The notes under the pieces were generated by a model that was not told the origin of the DNA, searched no databases, and saw nothing but the letters and a program-made list of their open reading frames with translations. 64,000 nucleotides of DNA, taken from the NCBI GenBank assembly GCA_046593925.1, contig JBKJQN010000097.1:70273-134272 (forward strand). The letters run 5' to 3'. The translations under genes and the position numbers were made by a program. This DNA comes from Mycobacteriales bacterium (lineage in GTDB: Bacteria > Actinomycetota > Actinomycetes > Mycobacteriales > SCTD01). Positions 9,178 through 22,130 of this stretch are shown piece by piece. Within the stretch, counting starts at the first letter, position 1. Each line of letters begins with the position of its first letter.

Positions 9178-10146
9178 TCATGCGCCCAGTGCCCGGTCCA
9201 GGACGTCGGCGAGCTCGCTGGGATACAACCGCTCCGTGGTGGTCCGCAGCTCGGCGCGGGGCCACCAGCGGTGCCCGGTGACACTGGCGACCTCCAGCGC
9301 GGTCCAGCCCGAGGTGTCGACGTCGTGCCGCTCGATCCGAGCCAGGTAGTAGACCTCGGCCTGCCGGTACTGCTTGCCAGCGAAGCGGAAGTGGGCGACC
9401 CGCTGATGGATCACCGATCCGAGCGCGTCGGCGGCCAGCACCAGCCCGGTCTCCTCCGTCAGTTCGCGGCGGGCGGCCTGCACGGGTTCCTCGCCGTCGT
9501 CGAGGCCGCCGCCGGGGGTGAACCACCAGCGGCCCTGCGAGGGGTCGGCCGGGTCGCGGCCCTGCAGCAGGAGCACGCGGTCGTCGGCGTCGACGAGCAG
9601 CACCCGCGCCGCGCGCCGGTCCACGGGGCCCCCGGGCACCGTCCCGGAGCCGCCCGGGCCGGTGTCCGGTACGTCCCAGTCGTCGTCGGGCTCGTCGACG
9701 CGACGACCGGCCAGCAGCTGCGGCAGCAGCTGCGGCAGCGAGCGTGGGAAGAACCGGCCCTGGTGCACCGCGACCTCCTGCGGCGACCACCACCGGGCGC
9801 CGAGGATCGTGTCCTGCTCGGGCGCGGTCAGCTCGACAGGCCGGGTCTGCGGCGGCTCCGTCAGGCGGGCGACCCGTGCCTCGTGGCGCGCCACGTGCCG
9901 CGCCCCTCGCCAGGTGAACGTCGCCACCTGCGTCCATACCAGTGGGCCGACGGTCTCTGGTGGCACGACGACGCCGGCCTCCTCGAGCACCTCGCGGACG
10001 GCGGCTTGCGCGGCATCCTCACCGGGCTCGACGCCGCCACCCGGCAGCTCCTGCCAGCGGGTTTGGAGCGCCCCGGGATCCTGGCAGTCCAGCAGCAGGA
10101 CCCGGCCGTCAGGATCGACGACCAGCAGCTTGGACGACGTCCTCAC
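9178..10146 (-). CDS. tandem double NUDIX hydrolase
   Basis: Two complete NUDIX boxes are present: GGGVEPGEDAAQAAVREVLEEAGV and GGGLDDGEEPVQAARRELTEETGL. The GTG start overlaps the lepB stop (GTGA). Confidence 0.8.
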   Translation of the reverse strand: MRTSSKLLVVDPDGRVLLLDCQDPGALQTRWQELPGGGVEPGEDAAQAAVREVLEEAGVVVPPETVGPLVWTQVATFTWRGARHVARHEARVARLTEPPQTRPVELTAPEQDTILGARWWSPQEVAVHQGRFFPRSLPQLLPQLLAGRRVDEPDDDWDVPDTGPGGSGTVPGGPVDRRAARVLLVDADDRVLLLQGRDPADPSQGRWWFTPGGGLDDGEEPVQAARRELTEETGLVLAADALGSVIHQRVAHFRFAGKQYRQAEVYYLARIERHDVDTSGWTALEVASVTGHRWWPRAELRTTTERLYPSELADVLDRALGA

Positions 10147-11360
10147 CGACGACGGCGCCGGCGACGCCGCAGCAGCCCGACCGGAAGTGCCCCCACCGCC
10201 CCGATGGCGTACGGGACGGCGGTGGCGGTGCCCGCCGGCAGGCTGAGCGACCGGCTGTCGAACACGCCCGGCACCTTCAGCACGGTGGCGCGCCCCACCG
10301 GCCAGACGACGACGAACGCCCGCCCGATCACCTCACCGGTCGGCACGGTGCCCATCTGGCCGTCGTCCAGGTGCAGCCGGGAGTCGCTGGAACAGCACCG
10401 GTGGTCGCCCATCACGAACAGCCGGCCCGGCGGGACCAGGACCCCTGGCGCACCCGGCGGGCAGCTCGCCTCGTCCGCACCGGCCTGGCAGAAGGTCATC
10501 GGTGACTCGTTCTCGTACGTGTACGGCTCGTCGAGCTCGACGGGCGCGCCACCGCCGGCCGGCTGGACGGTGACATGGCCGTTCTTACAGCAGGCGACCC
10601 GGTCTCCCGGGACCCCGATGACGCGCTTGATGAAGTCCTTCTCCCCCGGAGCGCTCAGCCCAACGAGGCCCCCGACGCCGCGCAGGACCCGCTGCACGGG
10701 GTTGGTGGGCTCGGCGAAGACCTGCTGGTCCGGGTCGGGCGAGAATGACCCCGCGCCGTTGAAAACGACAATCTCGCCGCGGCGGATGTCGCGGAAGTCG
10801 TACACGAGCTTGTTGACCAGTACCCGGTCGCGGATGGCGAGGGTCTGCTCCATCGACCCGGACGGGATGTAGAACGCCTGCACCAGGAAGGCCTTGATGA
10901 CCAGTGCCAGCGCAAAGGCCACGACGACGAGGAAGGGCAGCTCGCGGAAGAAGCCACCACGCGATGCGGGTGCCTTCGCGGGCTCAGCGGTGTTGGCTGG
11001 ACCGCTTCCGGGCGGTGTCCCGGCCGCACCACCGCCGCCCTCCGGTCGGGTCCCGTCGCCCGGCGCCCCACCACCCGACGCCGCACCACCCGGCGTCCCC
11101 TCAGCCGGCGCCCTACCGCCCGACACCGCACCGCCCGGCGTCCCCTCAGCCGGCGCCCCACCGCCCGACGTTCCGCCCGGCACCAGTCCGCCCTGCGCGG
11201 TGCCCGAGGCGGTCGCCAGCTGTGACGACCCTGCTCCCGAAGGCGGCGCCTGTCCGGATCCGGCTGCAGGGGGCACTGCCTGCGACGAGCCGGCCTGCCG
11301 CGAGCGGCCTGGTGAGCCCGCGCCGCTACGCGGTGCGGTGGGGCTCTCGTCGTCGCTCAT
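10143..11360 (-). CDS. lepB: signal peptidase I with a long Gly/Pro/Ala-rich N-terminal extension and a C-terminal hydrophobic anchor
   Basis: The catalytic boxes IPSGSMEQTL, GEIVVF, DFIKRVIGVPGDRV and LFVMGDHRCCSSDSR are present. Start set to the ATG at 11360 (MSDDESP). The remainder of ORF 10143-12128 overlaps rplS and trmD. Confidence 0.85.
   Translation of the reverse strand: MSDDESPTAPRSGAGSPGRSRQAGSSQAVPPAAGSGQAPPSGAGSSQLATASGTAQGGLVPGGTSGGGAPAEGTPGGAVSGGRAPAEGTPGGAASGGGAPGDGTRPEGGGGAAGTPPGSGPANTAEPAKAPASRGGFFRELPFLVVVAFALALVIKAFLVQAFYIPSGSMEQTLAIRDRVLVNKLVYDFRDIRRGEIVVFNGAGSFSPDPDQQVFAEPTNPVQRVLRGVGGLVGLSAPGEKDFIKRVIGVPGDRVACCKNGHVTVQPAGGGAPVELDEPYTYENESPMTFCQAGADEASCPPGAPGVLVPPGRLFVMGDHRCCSSDSRLHLDDGQMGTVPTGEVIGRAFVVVWPVGRATVLKVPGVFDSRSLSLPAGTATAVPYAIGAVGALPVGLLRRRRRRRR
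11058..11172. repeat. 45-bp in-frame tandem repeat, about 2.5 copies, inside the lepB N-terminal region
   Basis: Copies at 11083-11127 and 11128-11172 are near-identical (gcacc[a/g]cccggcgtcccctcagccggcgccc[t/c]accgcccgac), and a partial copy precedes them. The repeat encodes GGAPAEGTPGGA units. Confidence 0.85.
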
Positions 11361-11505
11361 CACGCAGACCCTAACGGCGGTTGCCGAGCGGTCGTGCCGC
11401 AGCGGCGGATCGGTACAGACAGACACGGCGCGGACCGAAGGGATGCCCCCGGTGAGGGCGCGGCGGACGACGCGGCGTCGGGAGTGCCGGAATTGCCTGG
11501 GGCGG

Positions 11506-11883
11506 TTAGGCCTTGGGCGCGGCAATCTTTGCCGGTACCGCGCCCCGCTTCTCCTTGATCTTCGCCTTCTTGCCCCGCAGCTCGCGCAGGTAGTAGAGCT
11601 TGGCGCGCCGGACATCGCCGCGAGTGACAACCTTGATGTCCTCGATGACCGGGGTGTGGACCGGGAAGGTCCGCTCGACACCGACGCCAAAGCTGACCTT
11701 CCGCACGGTGAAGGTCTCGCGGACCCCGCCGCCCTGACGACGGATGACCACGCCCTGGAAGCGCTGCACGCGCGAGCGGTTGCCCTCGACGACGCGCACA
11801 CCGACGTCGAGCGTGTCGCCCGGCCGGAAGTCGGGGTGGTCGCTGCGCAGCTGCGCCGCGTCGAGCTCGTCCAGGGTGTGCAT
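11506..11883 (-). CDS. rplS: 50S ribosomal protein L19
   Basis: [68 protein letters not shown] is unmistakably L19. Confidence 0.95.
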   Translation of the reverse strand: MHTLDELDAAQLRSDHPDFRPGDTLDVGVRVVEGNRSRVQRFQGVVIRRQGGGVRETFTVRKVSFGVGVERTFPVHTPVIEDIKVVTRGDVRRAKLYYLRELRGKKAKIKEKRGAVPAKIAAPKA

Positions 11884-11979
11884 CGTCCGTCGCCTTCTCG
11901 TGCAGGGTGTGGCGCGCACAGGCGCCGGAGATGAGCAAGAGCGGTCGTCGCGGCTCTGGGAGCGCGCCGCAACAGCCCT

Positions 11980-12747
11980 CTATCCTGCCACACCCGGCGT
12001 GTGGGCCTGCCGTAGCACCGCTCGGTCCTGATCGTCGAGCCGGTCCGCCAGCGCACGGAGCAACTCGGGGCGCCGCTGAGCAGTGCGGCGTAAGGCCTCG
12101 TCTCGTCGCCACCGCCCGATCGCGGCATGGTCCCCCGAAAGCAGTACCGGTGGGACGTCCAGGCCGTCGAAGGACGGCGGACGGGTGTACGTCGGCCCCT
12201 CCAGCAGCCCAGCCAGCCCGCCGCTGAAGCTGTCGTCTGTACTGGAAGCGGTGTTACCGAGCACCCCGGGGATCAGCCGCGCGACAGCTTCGACGATGGC
12301 CAGGACGGCGACCTCCCCGCCGGCGAGGACGTAGTCGCCGAGTGACACCTCGAGCACCCGCATCCTGCGGAGCGCGTGCCCGACGACCCGTGCGTCCAGT
12401 CCCTCGTAGCGGCCACAGGCGAAGACCAGCCACTGCTCGCCGGCCAGCTGCTCGGCGACGCTCTGGCTGAACGGCAGTCCGCTCGGCGTCGGTACGACCA
12501 GCAGCGGCTGTGGGCCGGCCGAGGGGGCGACGTGCTCGAGCGCATCGCGCCACGGACCCGGGGTCATCACCATGCCGGGGCCGCCACCGTACGGGCTGTC
12601 GTCGACCGTGCGGTGAACATCGTTGGTCCAGCTGCGCAGGTCGTGCACGTGTACGTCGAGCAGACCGCGATCGCGGGCCTTGCCGAGCAGCGACAGCTCC
12701 AGCGGAGCCAGATAGTCGGGGAAGACGGTCACGACGTCGACGCGCAC
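11980..12747 (-). CDS. trmD: tRNA (guanine37-N1)-methyltransferase
   Basis: VRVDVVTVFPDYL.PL..SLLGKA...GLL...VHDLR.W..D.HRTVDD.PYGGG.GMVM is the TrmD core. The GTG start at 12747 lies directly after the rimM stop. Confidence 0.9.
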   Translation of the reverse strand: MRVDVVTVFPDYLAPLELSLLGKARDRGLLDVHVHDLRSWTNDVHRTVDDSPYGGGPGMVMTPGPWRDALEHVAPSAGPQPLLVVPTPSGLPFSQSVAEQLAGEQWLVFACGRYEGLDARVVGHALRRMRVLEVSLGDYVLAGGEVAVLAIVEAVARLIPGVLGNTASSTDDSFSGGLAGLLEGPTYTRPPSFDGLDVPPVLLSGDHAAIGRWRRDEALRRTAQRRPELLRALADRLDDQDRAVLRQAHTPGVAG

Positions 12748-12748
12748 G

Positions 12749-13573
12749 TCAGACCCCGTCGGGCGGGGGCTCCGGGCCCAGCAGCTCGGGCTCGGACAGG
12801 TCGAGCAGGCCGGGCGGGGGGTCGAGGACGACGCGCCCGCCAGCAACGTCGACGACCGGGACCATGCCCTTCACGAATGGCACGAGCACCTCGGGTGAGC
12901 CGACGGCCACGTCGTCGCGACGTACGGCGAGCACGTCGCCGTGAGGCAGATGCAGGACCTCTGACACGGTGCCAAGCCGACCACCGCCCGGCAGCTGGGC
13001 GATCAGCCCGACGAGCTGGAAGTCGTGGAACTCGTCGGGGTCTTCCGGCGGCGGGAGCGTGGCGGCCTCGATCAGGATGAGGGTGTCGCGTAGAGCTTCG
13101 GCGCCGTTGCGGTCGGCCAGGCCGGCGAACAGCACGACGAGCCGACCGTTCTGGTTGCGCGCAGAGGCGACGGTCAGCGGACCGCGGCTAGCCGGGTCGG
13201 TGAGCAGGACGGCACCGTCGGCGAACCTCGCCTCAGGGTCGTCGGTGCGGACCTCGACGGTCACCTCGCCCCGGATGCCCTGCGGCTTGCCGACCCGGCC
13301 GACGACGAGCAGCCCCGGCCCCTGCGAAGCCGGCGACAACCCGGGATCCGTTCCGAGCACCGGGTCAGCCGTCAGCCCTACGGGCGCCGAGCCGGGTGCC
13401 GCCGCGTCCGCTGCCCCGGGGTCGGCACCGGCTGGGCCCGCGCCGGCCGGGTCCGCAGCCGTGGGGCCGGCGTCCTCCGGGTTGACCGCCCGCGAGGCGT
13501 TGACAGCCCGCGAGGCATCGGTTCTGCGACGCGCCGCACCGGCGACCCGCGAACGGCGGCCGGGTCCGGGCAC
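12749..13573 (-). CDS. rimM: 16S rRNA processing protein RimM with about 90 aa of low-complexity N-terminal extension
   Basis: The core LLVVGRVGKPQGIRGEVTVEVRTDDPE.RF, the PRC-barrel C-terminus and LVPFV...VP.VD are present. The GTG at 13573 lies 4 nt after the KH gene stop. The true start could be internal. Confidence 0.8.
   Translation of the reverse strand: MPGPGRRSRVAGAARRRTDASRAVNASRAVNPEDAGPTAADPAGAGPAGADPGAADAAAPGSAPVGLTADPVLGTDPGLSPASQGPGLLVVGRVGKPQGIRGEVTVEVRTDDPEARFADGAVLLTDPASRGPLTVASARNQNGRLVVLFAGLADRNGAEALRDTLILIEAATLPPPEDPDEFHDFQLVGLIAQLPGGGRLGTVSEVLHLPHGDVLAVRRDDVAVGSPEVLVPFVKGMVPVVDVAGGRVVLDPPPGLLDLSEPELLGPEPPPDGV
13481..13516. repeat. 18-bp in-frame tandem duplication in the rimM N-terminal extension
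   Basis: gttgac[c/a]gcccgcgaggc occurs twice back to back. It encodes ASRAVN ASRAVN. Confidence 0.9.
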
Positions 13574-13576
13574 CGG

Positions 13577-13816
13577 CTAGCGGACCTCGTCGGTGTCGAC
13601 GACGTCGAGCCGTACGCCGCGACCGCCCAGGGCGGTCGTGACGGTGCGCAGCGCCTTGGCGGTGCGCCCACTGCGCCCGATCACCTTCCCGAGATCCTCC
13701 GGGTTGACGCGCACCTCGATCGTGCGCCCGCGTCGCCCGGTGACCAGGTCGACGCTCACGTCCTCGGGGTTGTCGACGATTCCGCGCACGAGGTGCTCGA
13801 CGGCAGACTCGAGCAC
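13577..13816 (-). CDS. KH-domain RNA-binding protein (YlqC/UPF0109-like)
   Basis: 79 aa with VGKVIGRSGRTAKALRTV, the GxxG KH motif. It occupies the conserved position between rpsP and rimM. Confidence 0.85.
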   Translation of the reverse strand: MLESAVEHLVRGIVDNPEDVSVDLVTGRRGRTIEVRVNPEDLGKVIGRSGRTAKALRTVTTALGGRGVRLDVVDTDEVR

Positions 13817-14349
13817 TACTCCGCCGCGGGGGCGTCGCTGGCCGGGGCGTCGGCAACGGCCGGGGCGTCGGCAACGGCTGGGGCCTCGGCGTGCGGCGCA
13901 GCAGCAGGCGCAGTAGCAGCCGGCGCCTCGGCGGCGACCTCGGCCGGCTGCGGGTCGGTCTTCGTGGGCTTCTTCCTGGGCGTGGTGGCGGCACCTGCCG
14001 CGGCGCCCTCGATGCCCTCGCGGGCAGCGGCCTGGAAGGCCAGCTTCTTGTCGGCCTTCGGCTCGGCGACGAGCATCGGCGCGGGGGCGGCCTCGCCCTT
14101 GAACTTCTGCCAGTCGCCGGTGACCTTCAAGATGCGCTCCACCGGGTCGGTGGCCTGTGCCCCAACACCGAGCCAGTACGCGGCGCGGTCGCCGTCAACC
14201 TCGATGAAAGAGGGGTGCTCCTTGGGGTGGTACTTGCCGATCGTCTCGATGACGCGGCCATCGCGCTTGGTCCGCGCATCGGCAACGACGATGCGGTAGT
14301 ACGGCGCGCGCATCTTGCCGAGACGCATGAGCTTGATCTTGGTTGCCAC
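13816..14349 (-). CDS. rpsP: 30S ribosomal protein S16 with an Ala/Pro-rich C-terminal tail
   Basis: [38 protein letters not shown] is S16. Start is the GTG at 14349. The stop overlaps the KH gene start by 1 nt. Confidence 0.9.
   Translation of the reverse strand: MATKIKLMRLGKMRAPYYRIVVADARTKRDGRVIETIGKYHPKEHPSFIEVDGDRAAYWLGVGAQATDPVERILKVTGDWQKFKGEAAPAPMLVAEPKADKKLAFQAAAREGIEGAAAGAATTPRKKPTKTDPQPAEVAAEAPAATAPAAAPHAEAPAVADAPAVADAPASDAPAAE
13842..13877. repeat. perfect 18-bp in-frame tandem duplication in the rpsP tail
   Basis: ccggggcgtcggcaacgg occurs twice. It encodes the repeated APAVAD unit. Confidence 0.9.
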
Positions 14350-14525
14350 GGGGCCTACTGCTCCAGTCGTACGGAAGGGGTGCGCGACCGCACAGCGCGT
14401 GGGGACACGCGGCGGCCGGGCCTTGCGGACACGCCGGGGGCGGGAGAGGGCCGACCCCGGTGTCGGTTCGCCGACAAGTGTGCCAGACGTCGGCACCACC
14501 CCAGACCGCCGCGGCGGCCGTCCGC

Positions 14526-16052
14526 CTAGCGGGGACGCCGCAGCCCGAGGGGGTCCGGGCCCTGCTCGCCCCGGCGCAGTCCGAGCGGGTCCGGCCCCGC
14601 AGGGAGCTGCGGCAGGCGAGGCGGTACCGGGGGCTGCGGCGCGGACGTCGATCGCGGCCCGCCACCAGCGCGACCGGGACCCTTCTTCGCCTTGCTCTTC
14701 TTGCCCCCGCCGCCGGCACGCTTGGCCACCCGGCCCATCCCCGGGACCCCCATCCCAGCCATCTGCTTCATCATCTTCTGCGCGTCGTAGAAGCGGTCGA
14801 CGAGGTTGTTGACCTCGGGCACCGTCACCCCCGAGCCCCTGGCGATGCGCAGCCGACGCGAGCCATTGAGGATCTTGGGCGTACGACGTTCCTGCGGCGT
14901 CATCGACTGGATTATCGCCGCGATCCGGTCGATGTCACGGTCGTCGACCTGGGCCAGGGCGTCCTTCATCTGGCCCATGCCGGGCAGCATCCCCAGCAGC
15001 CCGGCGATCGGCCCCATCTTGCGGACCTGGAGCATCTGCTCCAGGAAGTCCTCGAGGTCGAAGTCCTCACCGGACTGCATCTTGCCGGCCATCTTCTCGG
15101 CCGACGCCTGGTCGAAGTGCTTCTCGGCGGTCTCGATCAGCGACAGCACGTCGCCCATCCCGAGGATGCGCGAGGCCATCCGCTCGGGGTGGAAGACGTC
15201 GAAGTCGGCGAGCTTCTCGCCGGTGCTGGCGAACAGGACCGGCTGGCCGGTCAGGTGTCGTACCGACAGGGCCGCACCGCCACGGGCGTCCCCGTCGAGC
15301 TTGGTGAGCACGACGCCGGTGAAGCCGACGCCCTCCTGGAAGGCCTGCGCGGTGACGACAGCATCCTGGCCGATCATCGCGTCGACGACGAAAAGCACCT
15401 CGTCGGGCTGCACGGCGTCGCGGATGTCGGCTGCCTGCGCCATCAGGTCCGCGTCGATGCCAAGCCGCCCGGCCGTGTCGACGACCACGACGTCGTAGTT
15501 CATCCGACGGGCGTGGGCCACCCCCTCGCGGGCGGCCACGACCGGGTCGCCAACCCCGCTGCCGGCGTACGGCGCGAAGACGTCGACACCTGCCTGCCCC
15601 CCCACGACCTGCAGCTGCTGGACGGCGTTGGGCCGCTGCAGGTCGCAGGCCACCAGCAGCGGGGCGTGGCCCTGCGCCTTCAGATGACGGGCCAGCTTGC
15701 CGGCGAGGGTGGTCTTGCCGGCACCCTGCAGACCCGCGAGCATGATCACGGTAGGGGCCGTCTTGGCGTACCGGATCAGCCGGGTCTCGCCGCCCAGGAT
15801 GCCGACGAGCTCCTCGTTGACGATCTTGACGACCTGTTGGGCGGGGTTCAGCGCCTGGCTGACCTCGGCCCCGCGCGCCCGCTCCTTGACGCTGGCGATG
15901 AACATCTTGACGACCGGCAGTGCGACGTCGGCCTCGAGCAGCGCGATCCGGATCTCGCGCGCGGTGGCGTCGATATCGGCCTCGGACAGTCGGCCCTTGC
16001 CCCGCAGTGCGGTGAAGACCTTGTCGAGCCGATCGGAAAGGGTGTCGAACAC
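14526..16052 (-). CDS. ffh: signal recognition particle protein Ffh (SRP54)
   Basis: MFDTLSDRL...[11 protein letters not shown], the GTPase boxes [14 protein letters not shown] and [10 protein letters not shown], and a Met-rich M domain are all present. Confidence 0.95.
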   Translation of the reverse strand: MFDTLSDRLDKVFTALRGKGRLSEADIDATAREIRIALLEADVALPVVKMFIASVKERARGAEVSQALNPAQQVVKIVNEELVGILGGETRLIRYAKTAPTVIMLAGLQGAGKTTLAGKLARHLKAQGHAPLLVACDLQRPNAVQQLQVVGGQAGVDVFAPYAGSGVGDPVVAAREGVAHARRMNYDVVVVDTAGRLGIDADLMAQAADIRDAVQPDEVLFVVDAMIGQDAVVTAQAFQEGVGFTGVVLTKLDGDARGGAALSVRHLTGQPVLFASTGEKLADFDVFHPERMASRILGMGDVLSLIETAEKHFDQASAEKMAGKMQSGEDFDLEDFLEQMLQVRKMGPIAGLLGMLPGMGQMKDALAQVDDRDIDRIAAIIQSMTPQERRTPKILNGSRRLRIARGSGVTVPEVNNLVDRFYDAQKMMKQMAGMGVPGMGRVAKRAGGGGKKSKAKKGPGRAGGGPRSTSAPQPPVPPRLPQLPAGPDPLGLRRGEQGPDPLGLRRPR

Positions 16053-16244
16053 CGCCCCAGCCTAATGGGCGCCGCCGACCGGGGAAGCCATGCTGCCGAC
16101 CGGTTCGCTACCGGGCGCGCGCACCTCACGATCCAGGATGGCCGAGCATCGGCGACGGTGCTGGCTCCAGCTGCCGTCGAGCGCGCTGCTCTGCGACGAG
16201 AGGCCTGCACGGCAACGGAGGTCGGTCACCTGCGCGAAAGGACA

Positions 16245-16311
16245 CTTGCACTCCAGGACATCATCCTGGCCCTGCACGCTCAGCCGTGGCGATGATGTTG
16301 CCAGGTGCAAG
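16245..16311. other. 67-nt bipartite imperfect inverted repeat (candidate structured RNA or operator)
   Basis: The outer stem pairs cttgcac (16245-51) with gtgcaag (16305-11), 7 bp. The inner stem pairs gacatcatc (16257-65) with gatgatgtt (16291-99), 8 bp plus one G-U. The stems are separated by a 5x5 internal loop and close a 25-nt apical loop. A competing local hairpin is ccagga-catca-tcctgg (16253-69). Confidence 0.5.
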
Positions 16312-16386
16312 GCGTTTGTGCCGGCGCCGCGAGTCGCCGCTCGACAGGACCGGCGAGGCAGCCGTCCCGGCTGCAGGATCACGGGC

Positions 16387-16857
16387 GTGCCCCGCCGCCT
16401 GCTCCCCGTGCTGGTCGTTGTCCTGGCCCTGGTGACCATCCCGCCGCTGCTCGTGCAGACCGCCAGCCTGCGCGCCGGCAGCACCGTGCTGCTGCCCGGC
16501 TCGGCGGTCGCCGACGGCTATCTGGTGCCCGGCATCCCGACCGAGCTGTCGTACGCGGTCGACGTACGCAACAGCGGCGCCGCCCCCCTGACCGTGGTGG
16601 GCCTCGCCGGGACGCAGGAGGGGCCCTACAGCGCCAGGCCCGGGCGCGGCGGCCCCGGCGGCGGGCTGCCGGAGGAGGCCGGTTTCGCGCCGTTCCAGCT
16701 GTGGCCCGGCCAGGCCCGGCTGGTCGTGGTGCACCTGACGCTGACCGGCCCACCCGCTCCGGTGAGCGTCGCCGGAGTCAGCCTCGCCGCGCGGGTGCTC
16801 GGCGTCGACCGGTCGATCGAGGTCGACCTGCCGGCCCGGCTGCGCACCGGGGGGTGA
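16387..16857 (+). CDS. hypothetical membrane-anchored or secreted protein
   Basis: The GTG at 16387 gives VPRRLLPVLVVVLALVTIPPLL, a signal or anchor sequence. The remainder looks beta-rich. No known domain; start uncertain. Confidence 0.45.
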   Translation: MPRRLLPVLVVVLALVTIPPLLVQTASLRAGSTVLLPGSAVADGYLVPGIPTELSYAVDVRNSGAAPLTVVGLAGTQEGPYSARPGRGGPGGGLPEEAGFAPFQLWPGQARLVVVHLTLTGPPAPVSVAGVSLAARVLGVDRSIEVDLPARLRTGG

Positions 16858-16896
16858 ACGGGCCCGGTGAAGCCAGGACGGCCAGCCGGCCGGCGC

Positions 16897-21405
<4,509 letters not shown>

Positions 21406-21409
21406 GCCG

Positions 21410-21436
21410 CTCCTCGGTTCGGGGACTCACGAGGAG
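21410..21436 (-). promoter_or_regulatory. hairpin that would sequester the amt Shine-Dalgarno sequence
   Basis: The minus strand reads CUCCUCG-13 nt-CGAGGAG-CGGC-AUG. The 7-bp perfect stem has a 3' arm that contains the GAGGAG ribosome-binding site, 4 nt before the start codon. Confidence 0.5.
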
Positions 21437-21450
21437 CGTGTCGGCGAAGT

Positions 21451-21520
21451 GTTTCGCCCGCGGTGCAGTCCGTGTTTCGCGGGCGTGACGGTCCGTGGGA
21501 CGTGTTTCGACGCCGTGAAC
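21451..21520 (-). promoter_or_regulatory. cluster of GlnR-type boxes upstream of amt
   Basis: The minus strand reads GTTCAC-GGCGTC-GAAAC (21520-21504), GTCAC-GCCCGC-GAAAC (21489-21474) and a weaker GCACC-GCGGGC-GAAAC (21466-21451). These match the actinomycete GlnR consensus gTnAc-n6-GaAAc. Confidence 0.55.
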
Positions 21521-21557
21521 GGTCGCCGCATCCCCTACCGGGTGGAGACTGTCGGTC

Positions 21558-22130
21558 ATGACCCGGTGGCTGCAGGAGACGGGCGGTACCCGCGGGCCCG
21601 ACTATGACGAGGCCTTTCGGGCGCTCGCGGCGACCGGCGGCGATGTGCACGGCGAGGCGGCGTACGTCGACGCATTGCTCGGGCAGCCCGGGCGGGTCCT
21701 CGACGCCGGTTGCGGTACGGGCCGGGTGGCGGTCGAGCTGGTTCGGCGCGGCCACGACGTCATCGGGGTCGACAGCGACAGCTCGATGCTCGACGTCGCC
21801 CGAGGCCAGGCCGGGCCGCGCTGGGTCCAGGGCGACCTGGCGTCGCTGGACCTGGCGTCGCGCTTCGACCTCGTGGTCGCCGCGGGCAACGTCCTGGTGT
21901 TCCTCGAGCCCGGCACCGAGCAGCAGGTCGTCGAACGGTTGGCGGCGCACCTGCGGCCCGGCGGGCTGCTGGTGAGCGGCTGGCGTACCGATCGGCTGGA
22001 GGTCACCACGTACGACGGCTGGCTGCGCGATGCCGGGCTCCTCCCGGTCGTCCGGCACGCCACCTGGGACGGTGCGCCGTGGGTGCCCGGCAGCGAATGG
22101 TGCGTCGCGGTGGACCGCGCGGGCCCCTGA
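21558..22130 (+). CDS. class I SAM-dependent methyltransferase
   Basis: Motif I VLDAGCGTGRVAVEL, followed by GHDVIGVDSD..ML and a post-I acidic residue. 190 aa. Confidence 0.8.
   Translation: MTRWLQETGGTRGPDYDEAFRALAATGGDVHGEAAYVDALLGQPGRVLDAGCGTGRVAVELVRRGHDVIGVDSDSSMLDVARGQAGPRWVQGDLASLDLASRFDLVVAAGNVLVFLEPGTEQQVVERLAAHLRPGGLLVSGWRTDRLEVTTYDGWLRDAGLLPVVRHATWDGAPWVPGSEWCVAVDRAGP

Noticed and set aside
10143-10250. LepB C-terminus (LSLPAGTATAVPYAIGAVGALPVGLL-R8) as a sortase or other C-terminal sorting signal
   Set aside because: LPAGT does not fit LPXTG or LAXTG. From memory, a C-terminal membrane anchor is reported for some actinomycete type I signal peptidases. I therefore treat it as a transmembrane anchor with a poly-Arg stop-transfer tail.
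8674-10872. 732-aa plus-strand ORF
   Set aside because: It is antisense across rnhB, the NUDIX gene and lepB, all of which have clear catalytic motifs on the minus strand.
10143-12128. Reading the 661-aa ORF as one giant LepB
   Set aside because: The upstream 256 codons overlap rplS and the trmD 3' end in another frame and look like noise. The ATG at 11360 (MSDDESP) gives a sensible protein.
21409-21440. tRNA-like T-arm (ggttcgggg)
   Set aside because: No acceptor, D or anticodon arms can be built. The sequence is the loop of the amt leader hairpin.
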